Assembly (NCBI GenBank): GCA_030141605.1
Contig: JAQGDQ010000329.1
Coordinates: forward strand, 1-64,000
Length of the DNA: 64,000 nucleotides
Origin: Tubiluchus corallicola
Taxonomy: Eukaryota > Animalia > Priapulida
Direction: 5' to 3'
Both the position numbers and the translations under genes were made by a program. Shown here piece after piece: positions 1 through 12,473 of the stretch. The notes beneath the pieces are model-generated. The model saw only the letters and a list, made by a program, of their open reading frames with translations. It did no database searches and was not told where the DNA came from. Position 1 is the first letter of the stretch; the number at the start of each line of letters is the position of its first letter.

Positions 1-455
1 ACTTATCCAGCACATGGACGTTCGAAACGAGATTACAGTGCTCAAGTGCTGTGTTTTTTTCACATTTCATTCATTCATTCATTCATTCATTCATTCATTC
101 ATTCATTCATTCATTCATTCATTCATTCATTCATTCATTCATTCATTCATTCATTCATTCATTCACACATTCATCACTCACTCGCTCACTCATTCATTCA
201 CACACTCAATCATTCACACATTCATTGTTTCATTCATTCAGTCATTCACTCATCCGCCCAATCACTCATTCATTCATTCACTCACTCTTCTATCCAATCA
301 CTCATTCATTCATTCATTCATTCATTCATTTATTCATTCATTCATTCATTCATTCATTCATTCATTCATTCACTCATTCATTCATTCATTCATTCATTCA
401 TTCATTCATTCATTCATTCATTCTTTCTTTCTTTCTTTCTTTCTTTCATTCATTC
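1..455. repeat. Inverted copy of the duplication-unit end including the (TCAT)n microsatellite
   Basis: 1-70 is the reverse complement of about 5153-5222 and 6399-6469; interruptions in the microsatellite (160-300) mirror those at 6200-6320. Confidence 0.9.
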
Positions 456-607
456 ATATCTGGTTAATATTAGTGATTTTAATTTTGTTTTAAATGCTGA
501 TAGGGACTTGATTTGTTTAACCTGTAATGGTAGAGAATTCCAAAGTAGAATTGCTTGCTTGATTACAGAGTTCGTTCCGTAGTGGGTATTTGTCCTAATT
601 TGTTTTA
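455..607 (-). mobile_element. LINE (CR1/L2-like) 3' end fragment running into a (TGAA)n tract
   Basis: Minus-strand translation KQIRTNTHYGTNSVIKQAILLWNSLPLQVKQIKSLSAFKTKLK matches the typical LINE ORF2 C-terminus (LWNxLP...S...FKxxLK). Confidence 0.65.
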
Positions 608-609
608 GA

Positions 610-945
610 TTGCGTTGTGTAACATACTTGGAATTGAACCCTGGTCTCGAAACACCTCGTTTTGAATCGACAGTATTTGAGCATCATCGGATAAGCTTCA
701 CAAGAATGCGTCTTCAGTCACATAGGCTGCGGATAGAAACGGGTAGTTGGGCGACACAGCCAAGGGAAAATAGGTTATGTCCTTGTGGGGACATTCAAAC
801 TGAGAAACACGTTATACAGACACGCCCCCTAACATCAAATATTAGAAGCCGCTACGACAATGTAAACTTTGCTGATTTAACTCACTTCTTTGAGCACACT
901 AATTGTTATATAATATGTTATGAAGTTTTGCAACTTTTATGCTGA
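610..945 (+). mobile_element. Non-LTR retrotransposon ORF2 C-terminal fragment
   Basis: RLQSHRLRIETGSW...RLCPCGDIQTEKHV Cys/His motif. Confidence 0.7.
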
Positions 946-1097
946 TGTACCTTGTATGCATAACACTGTTTTTAATGCTATAACCTTGAGTAGGAAATGT
1001 ACGTAAAGTGACATTTGTGCTAAAATCACTAATGTATCGATTGTGGCATTTACCTCGTTCCTCGTGTATACATGTAACTTGTTTTAGTCAATAAACT

Positions 1098-1204
1098 ACA
1101 TACATACATACATACCACCACACACCACGCACCACCACCACCACCACCACACACACACACACACACACACACCACACCACACCCACACCCACACACACAC
1201 ACCA

Positions 1205-1280
<76 letters not shown>

Positions 1281-1288
1281 CACACACC

Positions 1289-1374
<86 letters not shown>

Positions 1375-1375
1375 T
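1098..1375. repeat. (CA)n/(CACG)n microsatellite
   Basis: Seen directly. Confidence 0.97.
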
Positions 1376-1551
1376 ATGAAATATCCGCTGTTTAATTCTG
1401 TATCGTTACAGTCGTGTGGTTTACTTTGCTTTTCTGTATGGTGGGTGGGTGGTGGGGGGATTCATTTTCCAGAAAAGTTTTAATTCAGTTCAAATTCTAT
1501 ATTTAAAAAAGCTGTTGATTCAAGAATTACATTGTTCATTCGTTGCTGCTA

Positions 1552-1935
1552 AATAAGCCCTTTCACACTTCGTTGTGCGCACGCGCATAGCCTGCAGGTC
1601 AAAGATTAAGTGTACCACAGAAGGCGTCTTAATTACAACCGTCACGTGATATGTTTGTAAAGCAAAGCCGTCTGCTTTCACAGTTCAGTAGCTGTTGTTT
1701 TACCTGGACTTAATTTAACCATGCATTAGTCTGTGCGTAGAGTGACAGGATCTTGCTTAGGAACAAGAAAAAATGAACTAGGTAAGGTTCTGGCTCTAGC
1801 GGTTAAAACTGTTACTATTACAATAGAATGGGTTGCGAGGCGTTGTCAAGTGTACACAAATGCGTTGTCTGGTTCATTTAACCTTTGACCTTTTCACGAT
1901 CATCACCAATCGCTGGAACTGTAAAAAGGTTCATT
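1552..1935. mobile_element. Diverged copy of the same MITE, upstream of the GPCR coding exon
   Basis: Colinear shared blocks with 22396-22778 (AGGTCAAAG, TAGTCTGTGCGTAGAG, AACTAGGTAAGGTTCTG, TTGTCAAGTGTACACAAATG, TTTGACCTTTTCACGATCA). Confidence 0.7.
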
Positions 1936-2231
1936 GCTGTAAAGCTGTCACGAAGTACAGTATTTGAAAGTCAATCCGTCATCTGAGCAAGCAGCATCAT
2001 CAGCACAATTTTCCTTTTCTTTTACATAAGCAAAGAGATGACATTAAAAATTAACCGTCCCTTTTTCTAGCTCCCTGTTTTCGAAACAAAAAAACTGAAG
2101 TGTGTCGTAAATGATTGGTCGAGCTAGATCACGTGACCCGCTCACCACGCTGTGCACTAAAGCTCTAACTGTTCTTTTGTTTTTCTCCTTCAGAATGAAT
2201 AGTGGTACCTGAAGGAACGGAAGTTTCAACC

Positions 2232-3326
2232 ATGAATGCCTCGGAGACTAACATTTCCGAATCTTACGTTCCGGTGTCGTTACGTCTGGAAACTTACATT
2301 GTTCCCATCTTGTTCGGATTCATATTCATCGTGGGAATAGCCGGAAACGGAACTCTCATCTACACTGTTCTTCGGAACAAATCCATGCGCAACGTTCCCA
2401 ACATCTACATTGTGAGTTTGTCCCTCGGTGACTTCATTTTGATACTCATCTCTGTTCCGTTCACCAGCTTCATCTACACCTTCGAAACGTGGCCGTATGG
2501 AGAACCCGTGTGTAAATTTAACGAATTCTTGCAAACAATGTCGCTAGGTGTCTCTGTGTTCACGCTCACCGCTCTGAGCATCGACAGGTTCATAGCGATC
2601 GTGGCGCCCATGAGCAAGGTGACCGGAAGTAACATGGGAACAGTGGTCGCCTCATGTGCCATATGGTTGTTGTCCATCCTTCTGGCCATCCCGGACGGGT
2701 ATTTTTCTTATCTGTGGCTCATTGAACACAAGGGAGGCGAAACCATCGCCATCTGTTGGCCCTACGCCTCGCAGTGGGATGTTTATCCAAAAGCACACAC
2801 CATGTGTAAGTTTGTTATATTCTTCCTCCTACCTTTGGTGATCATTACCATATTTTACAGCATGATGGCTCGCCACTTGATGATGACGACAGTCAACATG
2901 CCCGGTGAGTCGTTTAAGTCTGCTCAAAACTCACAGGGGGCCCGGCAGACGGAAGCGCGCAAAAAAGTTGCACGGATGGTCCTCTTTTTCGTGGTGATTT
3001 TCGTCATCTGTTGGGCTCCGCGCCACATCTTCATGATCTGGTATCACTACAATCCGCTCAGCGAGGTCCTCTACAACGACTTCTGGCACGGATTTCGAAT
3101 CGCCGGTTTCTGTCTGTCCTTCATGAATTCTTGCATCAATCCCATCGCTCTGTACTTCCTCAGCAAGCAGTTCCGGAAGTACTACAACCGATACCTATTC
3201 TGCTGCTGCACTTCATCGCCTGACCACAAGAGGGACCTGTCGTCCACGGCCATGCACAACTACACGAGTACTGTGAGAAGAAACAGCGTCACACAGTACA
3301 CGGTAGTGAAGTCTGACGCAGTGTAA
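2232..3326 (+). CDS. Class A neuropeptide GPCR, CCHamide/excitatory-peptide (EP/GGNG) receptor-like, bombesin/endothelin receptor group; 364 aa, single coding exon
   Basis: Seven hydrophobic segments with GN (TM1), LSLGD (TM2), TLTALSIDRF (DRY-like), CWAP (TM6), NSCINPIALY (NPxxY), a C-terminal CCC and N-terminal N-glycosylation sequons. True start is ACCATG at 2232: there is an in-frame TGA at 2196-2198 and a polypyrimidine/CAG acceptor ending at 2193, so the ORF-track GTG at 2202 is not the start. Confidence 0.93.
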   Translation: MNASETNISESYVPVSLRLETYIVPILFGFIFIVGIAGNGTLIYTVLRNKSMRNVPNIYIVSLSLGDFILILISVPFTSFIYTFETWPYGEPVCKFNEFLQTMSLGVSVFTLTALSIDRFIAIVAPMSKVTGSNMGTVVASCAIWLLSILLAIPDGYFSYLWLIEHKGGETIAICWPYASQWDVYPKAHTMCKFVIFFLLPLVIITIFYSMMARHLMMTTVNMPGESFKSAQNSQGARQTEARKKVARMVLFFVVIFVICWAPRHIFMIWYHYNPLSEVLYNDFWHGFRIAGFCLSFMNSCINPIALYFLSKQFRKYYNRYLFCCCTSSPDHKRDLSSTAMHNYTSTVRRNSVTQYTVVKSDAV

Positions 3327-3431
3327 AACCTAATGTAAATGTTGCTGATGACAGTAACAATGAACTTATTGAGAGCTACTGCAAAATGTATACTTTTTTA
3401 CAGAATTGCCATAACTGATCCCTAAACTTTA

Positions 3432-4065
3432 TTGGATGCCCAGTTGAATGTCATAGTGGATACCAAGTTGGAGCTCCTGTTGGCTACCATGTTGAAGAAT
3501 CTGTTAATGTCCTGCTACCAACTTGGAAAATCTGTTGGATGCCCTGTTGGAGAGCCTGTTGAATGTCCTGCTGGATACCAAGTTAGAGCACCTGTTGGAT
3601 ACCCTGTTGGAGAGTCTGTTTAATTTCCTGCTGGATACCAAGTTGGAACACCTGTTGGATGGCCTGTTGGAGAGCCTGTTGAATATCCTGCTGGATACCA
3701 AGTTGGAGCACCTGTTGGATGCCCTGTTGGAGAGCCTGTTGAATATCCTGCTGGATACCAAGTTAGAGCACCTGTTGGATGCCCTGTTGGAGAGCCTGTC
3801 GAATGTCCTGCTGGATACCAAGTTAGAGCACTTGTTGGATGCCCTGTTGAAGAGCCTGTTGAATATCCTGCTGGATACTAAGTTGGAGCACCTGTTGGAT
3901 GGCCTGTTGGAGAGCCTGTTGAATATCCTGCTGGATACCAGGTTGGAACACCTGTTGGATGGCCTGTTGGAGAGCCTGTTGAATATCCTGCTGGATACCA
4001 GGTTGGAGCACCTGTTAGACATCTTGGCTGATACCTTGGAGACCCTATTGGATATCTTGGTAGAT
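3432..4065. repeat. 60-bp minisatellite (five 12-bp subunits), about 10 copies
   Basis: Unit GCCCTGTTGGAGAGCCTGTTGAATATCCTGCTGGATACCAAGTTGGAGCACCTGTTGGAT. Confidence 0.95.
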
Positions 4066-4259
4066 GCACTGCGGGTGCATGTTTTATGGAAAGCAGTGAG
4101 CATGGTGTGGTTATGACAACTAGTCAGAAGGTTGCACCACTACACATCAGTAAATTGTCATCAATTGCAGCTCAGCGATTCAGAAAGACCCAAAAAACCG
4201 GTCAGCAAAACGTTTGGTAGTGGACTACACTGCTGCTACAAAATATTCAAAGTATGCAA

Positions 4260-7200
4260 GTATGAATGAATGAATGAATGAATGAATGAATGAATGAATG
4301 AATGAATGAATGAATGAATGAATGAATGAATGAATGAATGAGTGATTGAATGATTGAATCAATGAGTAAGTGAATGAATGGATGAACGAATGGGTGAATG
4401 GTTGAGCTGATTGAGCAAGTGAATGAATGGATGAGTGAATGGGTGAATGCGTGAATGAATGAATGAAAGAGTGAATGAATGAATGAATGAATGAATGAAT
4501 GAACGAATGAACGAATGAATGAATGAATGAATGAATGAATGAATGAATGAATGAATGAATGAATGAATGAATGAATGAATGAATGAATGAATGAATGAAT
4601 GAATGAATGAATGAATGAATGAATGAATGAATGAATGATTGAATAAAATAATGGATGAACGAACGAATGAATGAATGACTGAATGAATAAATAAAATAAA
4701 GGATAATTGAATGAATGAATGAATGAATGAATGAATGAATGAATGAATGAATGAATGAATGAATGAATGAATGAATGAATGAATGAATGAATGAATGAAT
4801 GAATGAATGAATGAATGAATGAATGAATGAATGAATGAATGAATGAATGAATGAATGAATGAATGAATGAATGAATGAATGAATGAATGAATGAATGAAT
4901 GAATGAATGAATGAATGAATGAATGAATGAATGAATGAATGAATGAATGAATGAATGAATGAATGAATGAAGAAACGAATGAATGAATGAATGAATGAAT
5001 GAATGAATGAATGAATGAAGAAATGGGAATGAATAGTTGAATGAATGATGGAATGAATGTGTGAATGAATGAATGAATGAATGAATGAATGAATGAATGA
5101 ATGAATGAATGAATGAATGAATGAATGAATGAATGAATGAATGAATGAATGAATGAAATGTGAAAAAAACACAGCACTTGAGCACTGTAATCTCGTTTCG
5201 AACGTCCATGTGCTGGATAAGTGAAGTGAGATATTGTCTGGGTTGCTACTGCTTTGCATACTTTTTAATTTACCTGAAAACATGAAAGATATTTAAACAA
5301 AAGTTTATGTTTAATCTAAAAACTCTCATTTAAATAATGACATCACAATAATAAGGCGACTAATGCTCAACTTGGAATTAAATTAGACGTTATTCGTGCT
5401 TCTGATTATAACTACAAAAACGCTGTGCATTCCTGGCCGCTACGTGTGTGAATTGAATAGTATTGTGTTTGATTTTTTTGCTGCACAGTTAATTACATTG
5501 GCAGTAATATCTATGGTCACAAGGAAAGTCATAGATCAATATAATATTATGCAAAGTGAGTAAAGTCTTTGTCTACCAAGTGGACTTGATTATTTCAAGT
5601 TCTGCAAGTTACTGATCGTAATTGTTTCTTAAACAATCCGTGGTGTTGACAATGGCGTCGACGTTTCGAAGGATCAGGCTTCCCGGTGTGCATGCGCGTG
5701 AATTTTATGGCTTCACCTGAATTGAGGTAGCCACTATGCAAACATCCTTGCCATAATAATTGTCATCAAAATTCAAATGAAATTCAAACCAGGGAAATTG
5801 ACAGAGAAAATTTGTAACACGTGCATACGCTACGAGTGAAGCAGAGATAGGCTTACGTGAAGAAGCAACGAGACAGAAGGAAAATGAGGAAAGACAGAAG
5901 AAAAAGAAAGAAAGAAGATATTGTCATTAGGAAAGTCGTGTATGCGGTGGATCTTCGATGTTTCAGTTTGCATATGCAAAAGCGTTAAAATGAATAAACA
6001 AGGCCAGCTTTTGATTTTGCACGCCCCCTGGACTGCAGATACTGTGTGACCCCGTCCCCCCAGTTAGAATTAACAAAAGCATGAATGTTGGATTCTTCAA
6101 ATCAGTTTATTCAACTTCTACAGCATAATGCTAACATTAGGCCCCCAATGAATGAATGAATGAATGAATGAATGAATGAATGAATGAATGAATGAATGAG
6201 TGATTGGATAGATGAGTGAGTGAATGAATGAATGAGTGATTGGGCGGACGAGTGAATGACTGAATGAATGAAAGAATGAATGTGTGAATGATTGAGTGAG
6301 CGAGTGAGTGATGAATGTGTGAATGAATGAATGAATGAATAAATGAATGAATGAATGAATGAATGAATGAATGAATGAATGAATGAATGAATGAATGAAT
6401 GAAATGTGAAAAAAAACACAGCACTTGAGCACTGTAATCTCGTTTCGAACGTCCATGTGCTGGATAAGTAAAGTGAGATACTGTCTGGGTTGTTACTGCT
6501 TTGCATACTTTTTAATTTACCTGAAAACATGAAAGATATTTAAACAAAAGTTTGTGTTTAATCTAAAAACTCTCGTTTAAATAATGACATCACAATAATA
6601 AGGCGACTAATGCTCAACTTGGAATTAAATTAGACGTTATTCGTGGTTCTGATTATAACTACAAAAACGCTGTGCATTCCTGGCCGCTACGTGTGTGAAT
6701 TGAATAGTATTGTGTTTGATTTTTTTTGCTGCACAGTTAATTACATTGGCAGTAATATCTATGGTCACAAGGAAAGTCATATATCAATATAATATTATGC
6801 AAAGTGAGTAAAGTCTTTGTCTACCAAGTGGACTTGATTATTTCAAGTTCTGCAAGTTACTGATCGTAATTGTTTCTTAAACAATCCGTGGTGTTGACAA
6901 TGGCGTCGACGTTTCGAAGGATCAGGCTTCCCGGTGTGCATGCGCGTGAATTTTATGGCTTCACCTGAATTGAGGTAGCCACTATGCAAACATCCTTGCC
7001 ATAATAATTGTCATCAAAATTCAAATGAAATTCAAACCAGGGAAATTGACAGAGAAAATTTGTAACACGTGCATACGCTACGAGTGAAGCAGAGATAGGC
7101 TTACGTGAAGAAGCAACGAGACAGAAGGAAAATGAGGAAAGACAGAAGAAAAAGAAAGAAAGAAGATATTGTCATTAGGAAAGTCGTGTATGCGGTGGAT

Positions 7201-7394
7201 CTTCGATGTTTCAGTTTGCATATGCAAAAGCGTTAAAATGAATAAACAAGGCCAGATTTTGATTTTGCACGCCCCCTGGACTGCAGATACTGTGTGACCC
7301 CGTCCCCCCAGTTAGAATTAACAAAAGCATGAATGTTGGATTCTTCAAATCAGTTTATTCAACTTCTACAGCATAATGCTAACATTAGGCCCCC
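4260..7394. repeat. Tandem segmental duplication: two units of (ATGA)n plus about 990 bp unique sequence (4260-6145 and 6146-7394)
   Basis: 5155-6145 and about 6401-7394 are nearly identical; both end in GCTAACATTAGGCCCCC. Confidence 0.95.
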
Positions 7395-8302
7395 ATAGAT
7401 GGGTTCAAGTCAAACACAACAAAAAGAGAAGACGTCCTTCAACTTCAAGAAATGAGACTAAAAATACCTAATCCAGAGGTACTAGGCCAGGGTTTACTGT
7501 GATTAGTGGAAAATTACCACTAAATTCTGTCAGAACAAAGATATCTTACTCTGTCAGAGGAGATGTGGTCTCTGTTCCTCCTAAACTTTTGTCATTGTAA
7601 TCAGGATTGCCAGTGTGGCAGGACCAGTGAGTTGAAATAACAAGAAAACAATTCCAGTTTATTATTATACAGTATATTAATGAATTGAACCGTTTTTAAA
7701 CAGATAATTCAGCAAATTTCTACTCTCATTCTGTAGTAACTTTTTGCAAGGTAAATTAACTTCTCTGGAGGTCCCTCAGCTGGTGGAGGTCCCTCAACTG
7801 GTGGATGTCCCTCAGCTGGTGGAGGTCCCTGGACGGCAACCCATAAAGCCCCATGCCTTAACTTAGCACGGCAAAGAAGACCCGACGGTGTAATTGTTGT
7901 ACATAAAATCAGCGTTTGGAAAATAAATTTTTGCTCTGACTGTAATTGAGGCTTTCATTTCTCCTTCCGGTTTTGTTAACGCGCCTTTTTTCATTCTGTT
8001 TAGCGATTTTCTCTAAAACGTTCCTCCCTTTTGTGTTTCGGTGAGTTAGGGAAGGCGCGCTTGGCGAGTTTGCACAATTTGTTGCCAATGCCACATTGAT
8101 TATCATATGGATTATTGCACAACTTCGGCGCATTAATTTTCTAGGCCTGTTAATTTTATGAAGGCGAATCTTCTAGACTGCCAAGGTGAAACGATCGAAC
8201 TACATCTGGCGGAATTGCTGGAATCCATATAATAAATACATTATTCTACAAACATAAACACAAGTACAATTAACAACTCACAAACATAACGAACAAGAAA
8301 AG

Positions 8303-8870
8303 GGGTACCTGAAGTAGGTTTTAGAAAAATCGGCTTAAAAATAATATTACTTTATACGAATTTTAAGCGTATAACGTACCAGCGTTGAAATTTTTTTCGT
8401 ACTGTTCTGAGGTCGCTATTACATGACGTCACATACGCTGACGTAAATCAGGGGAAGAAAAGGCTCATCGCTGACTCGCCCTCCAGGGTGCGCCACTCAC
8501 TAACCAATAACGTATTTTTAATCTTATTGAAAAGATACAGTAATTTAAAATTTTTCTTAGTTAGCAACATGTGTGCAACGAATGCTCTGATTATTTTTTC
8601 AAACCTTACACCACAATGTTATCTAAACTTGTTTCAAACGACTTACCTTCAAAATGGCTGCGTCTAACGGTCATCGCGGGAGTTTAAATTTACATGTTTT
8701 ATACAGCGTTACGGCCGATGCAAGCCCTGTATGCAAAAAGATAGTATGTAAGTGGTATAAAACTTCGAGACGAATTTTTAAACTTTATATAAGTGGAGGG
8801 GTTTTCTTGTGCTTTAAATAAACAACGAACACCTTCCTGCAAATACAGGGGCTTCTTTAAACGTAGTTCA
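8303..8870 (+). repeat. Dispersed repeat family (probable non-autonomous DNA transposon); related copies about 11820-12660, 16190-16380 (inverted), 58352-58750
   Basis: Shared blocks GAAGTAGGTTT, ACATGACGTCAC...GTAAATCAGGGGAAGAAAAGG, CCAGGGTGCGCCACTCACTA and TTATCTAAACTT...CGACTTA. Confidence 0.65.
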
Positions 8871-8999
8871 TTAAAAACACCATAATTTATAACAAGCCTA
8901 TCTACATATATATCACAGTAATGATTGAATACGCTAGTTCTTAGCTAAATTACTTCGTACCTCTTAATTTAGAATCACGTATAGCTAAAATTTTACGCT

Positions 9000-9307
9000 C
9001 ATAGTTAATCCAACAATTTCTTAACTTCCACATCTCCACTTTTACATAGTTAATCAACAATTTCTTAACTTCCACATCTCCACTTTTACATAGTTAATCA
9101 ACAATTTCTTAACTTCCACATCTCCACTTTTACATAGTTAGTCAACAATTTCTTAACTTCCACATCTCCACTTTTACATACTTAGTCAACAATTTCTTAA
9201 CTTCCACATCTCCACTTTTACATAGTTAATCAACAATTTCTTAACTTCCACATCTCCACTTTTACATAGTTAATCAACAATTTCTTAACTTCCACATCTC
9301 CACTTTT
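9000..9307. repeat. 44-bp minisatellite, about 7 copies
   Basis: Unit TAGTTAATCAACAATTTCTTAACTTCCACATCTCCACTTTTACA. Confidence 0.95.
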
Positions 9308-9515
9308 GTTTAAAAATATAAACTTGTCAATATCACACATGGATGGAAATTCTGGGAAAATATCTGATATTTGATTTAAGAAAGCAATCTTTTCTTGACA
9401 ATAAACATTGCATTGCATACTAAAGTGAAATTCGTCTTCCGTGCTCGCATTCTTACCTAATGTACATTTTCTCATATCAGCAGGAGTTTTAGGTCTGGCA
9501 TATCGACCAGCTTCA
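9230..9515 (-). mobile_element. Non-LTR retrotransposon ORF2 C-terminal fragment
   Basis: EAGRYARPKTPADMRKC...EDEFHFSMQC motif; its end is amplified as a 44-bp minisatellite. Confidence 0.7.
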
Positions 9516-9769
9516 AATATGACAACATATATGACGAGTATGTTAGCTCATGTGACAACGAATTCAAACATGCGTCCAATCTGCAAGCGAAGCAACTAAT
9601 CTCGTTATATACTGATTGTTTTACAGTCGCCTATAAATGGCTAATACATCTAGCTGTCCCATTTTATGAGAGTCGTATCCAGAACGAGGTGTCTTAATTG
9701 CTGCTCCCCCGTTTACTCTTGCTTTTATGTTCCCTACTTTTCCGGCTAACCTCTTTCTGCACCTGTGTG

Positions 9770-9978
9770 AACCGTATCTCTCCCTCTCCCTCATTCGTAG
9801 TCTTCCTTTCTCCTCTTTTTCTCCCCTCTCCCTTTTTTTTCTTTTTCTCTTTCTTCTTGCACGTTCTTTCCCTCTTGTTTTCTCTGTCTCACCCACTCAT
9901 TTGTTTCCTTGTTTCACCCCCTTCTCACTCGCCCTCATTCCTCGTTTCCTTCTCTCCTTGTTTCTCTCTGTTTGACTC

Positions 9979-10042
<64 letters not shown>

Positions 10043-10294
10043 TCATTTCTCATTCTGCTCTCCCACCGTCTTCTCTTTTTTGTTTGCTCTTTGCACGCCC
10101 TCTGTCTCTCTCTTGCTCTTTCTCTTTCTCTTTTTCCTTTAATCTCCCTCTCTCTCTCTTTCTCTGTTCAAAAGTTCTCTTTCTTTCTCTCTCTTTCTCT
10201 GCCACAACCACTTTCTCTTTCTTGTTCTCTCTCTCCCACGCCTTCTTTCTTTCTCTTTCTTGCTCTCCCCTTTTCTCTCTCTCTCTCTCCTCTA

Positions 10295-10379
<85 letters not shown>

Positions 10380-10385
10380 CCCTCT
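9770..10385. repeat. (CT)n / polypyrimidine tract
   Basis: Seen directly. Confidence 0.95.
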
Positions 10386-10616
10386 TAGCTCAAAATGTTC
10401 TCCTTTCTCGTTCCATTTTGCAAAGCGTAAGATCTCACCGCCCGCCTCTATGTTATTCATAAACTGGTGACACTATTATTTATTATTTAACTTGGCGCAA
10501 ATCGATCGCAGCTTATCGCTGCCATTTTAGACATGGATTCTGTTAAAACTGTAATCCACGCTGTCATCAATCATGCTTAACAGGAGCCCTAAAACACTTC
10601 ATCAGTCCTTTTAAAC

Positions 10617-10780
10617 GCTTTCTCGATTAAAAGTGTTTTGCAAGGCGCAATCATAAGTCCTGCCCTTCTAAGCACTTTCTCGATTTAAGGTGTTTTGCAA
10701 GGCGCAAGCATAGGTCCTGCCCTTCTAAGCACTTTCTCGATTTAAGGTGTTTTGCAAGGTGCAAGCATTGGTCCCGCCTT
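10617..10780. repeat. 57-bp tandem repeat, about 3 copies
   Basis: Unit CTTTCTCGATTTAAGGTGTTTTGCAAGGCGCAAGCATAGGTCCTGCCCTTCTAAGCA. Confidence 0.9.
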
Positions 10781-12113
10781 GTTTAGTAAAGATGACTTAG
10801 TAACATGGCAGTTATTTGTTATTGTTACTTTAAATAGATATTATTAAGTTCAACTATTATTCATTTTAAACATAATTTCATTACGCGGTTCTGTCCAGAA
10901 AATTTTAACACCTGATGCTCGGGCACTCCCAGCTTAGTAAATTTTACTTTAATAGTTATAATACATAAATATATATAAACAATATTCACTGTTAGTGTCT
11001 CTGAGAGGCATTTATGACAAATCTTTAAAAGTCTCGGTTGAATTTCGTGTAAACCACTGATCTTTATTTATCGTTGCGGCATACATCTAATGAAAAATTT
11101 CGCTAGCTTGCACAAGATACATGTTCACATATACTACAGAACAGCATAATGAAGACATAACTAGGTCAATTCCCACACTTTAAACTCCAGCTAGATGGAG
11201 CCACATTGGCTACAAAATTAAAATTTATTAAGTCAGGTTCACACTGGCCTTATTTACAATGTTATTATAGTAACCAATAAGACTAGTTATTATAAGAGTA
11301 ACTTGCAAGTGTAAGCAATAATTCAAGCCCAAGTGAAACCCATTATAAAATTGCATCATAAAAACACAAGAAAGAAGCCAGAGAAGCCATTGATAACACG
11401 GCGGGACGAAGCTGGTTGATTGTGAAAAGTTATCGCTAAAAGATACTTCGTTCTTGGATGGCAGCATAGGTTAGTTCATCAAAAACAGATGGAACAATCG
11501 TGAAAAATTGAGTATAGATGCAAAAACAGATGTAGCGTTTTTGAAAGAAAGAGTTTTGAGATGCAAGAGTTGACGACAAGTTAAAAATTGTTTCGAGTAG
11601 AAAAATGGCTTCGTCAAAACCCAATGTTGAATAACATAGATCTATATAGGAAATGAACTATGTACAACGTGATTTTATAACACGTTGATAAAACATTATA
11701 ATTTGATTGTTTTGATATAAATGGCGTCATTCTTGTAGCAAATTATTGCCATTGGCAAAAAAAAAGAGATCAGTATTTTTAGAGGAAAAAGGGGAATTTT
11801 ATAGGGAAAGAAGGGAAAGTGTATCCCAAAAATGTTTTATAAGAAGTTATGTTACTTTGCATTACGTCTACCTGTTTGAAAGACTTACGTAATTGGAAAA
11901 GAAAATTCTTAATAACTTAAAATGTTTGCGCCACCTGGTGGAAATGCACTGCGTGGCTTTCCCAGAGTGCACCACTGATTCACCAAATTGAACTTAGTGA
12001 CAAAACAAACTAAACTTTATGCAGTTGCTTAGTTAGCGAAGTGTAGGCTACAAATGCTGTGATTATTTTTCCTGCGTTACGCGATTTTATCTAAACTTAT
12101 TTTAACCGACTTA

Positions 12114-12473
12114 AGCTACGACTCTATGTGCGCGTAATGCGTTATACGTGATGCGTATTCAGATGATACCCATGACATTCGAGTGAACAGGTACCACGCA
12201 TTACGCACACATGGAAACACTTCCGCGTTTTTAAGTATAAACTGTTGTATACTTATCACGCATTACGGATCACGCATCACGCATTACGCGCACATGAAAA
12301 CACTTCCGCGTTTTCAAGTATAAACTGTTGTATACGTATCACGCATTACGGATCACGCATCACGCATTACGCGCACATGGAAACACTTCCACGTTTTTAA
12401 GTATAAACTGTTGTATACGTGTCACTCATTACGGATCACGCAATGCGCATTACGCGCACATGGAGTCGAACCT
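12114..12473. mobile_element. MITE with about 28-bp TIRs and internal 83-bp tandem repeats, nested in an older dispersed repeat
   Basis: AGCTACGACTCTATGTGCGCGTAATGCG / CGCATTACGCGCACATGGAGTCGAACCT with flanks TTA and TCA. The empty site GACTTACCTTCAAAAT is seen in the paralogous repeat at about 8640. Confidence 0.7.

Noticed and set aside
1050-1375. VC-repeat ORFs, and likewise the SL/RE, poly-L/I/Y/N and poly-H ORFs at 9.7-10.5, 23, 34.5, 43-44.7, 50.8, 56.6 and 61.7 kb
   Set aside because: Di/tri-nucleotide microsatellite translations with no domain content or splice support.
5655-5690. Penelope-type hammerhead (minus strand GAAG-CCTGATC-CTTC-GAAACG; duplicated at about 6905-6935)
   Set aside because: GAAAC and a stem II are present but the CTGANGA core is missing (CCGGGAA).
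14-6530. Long HSFI-repeat ORFs (14-582, 4225-5283, 6111-6530)
   Set aside because: Translations of (TCAT)n microsatellites, open in all three frames of one strand simply because the repeat lacks stops.
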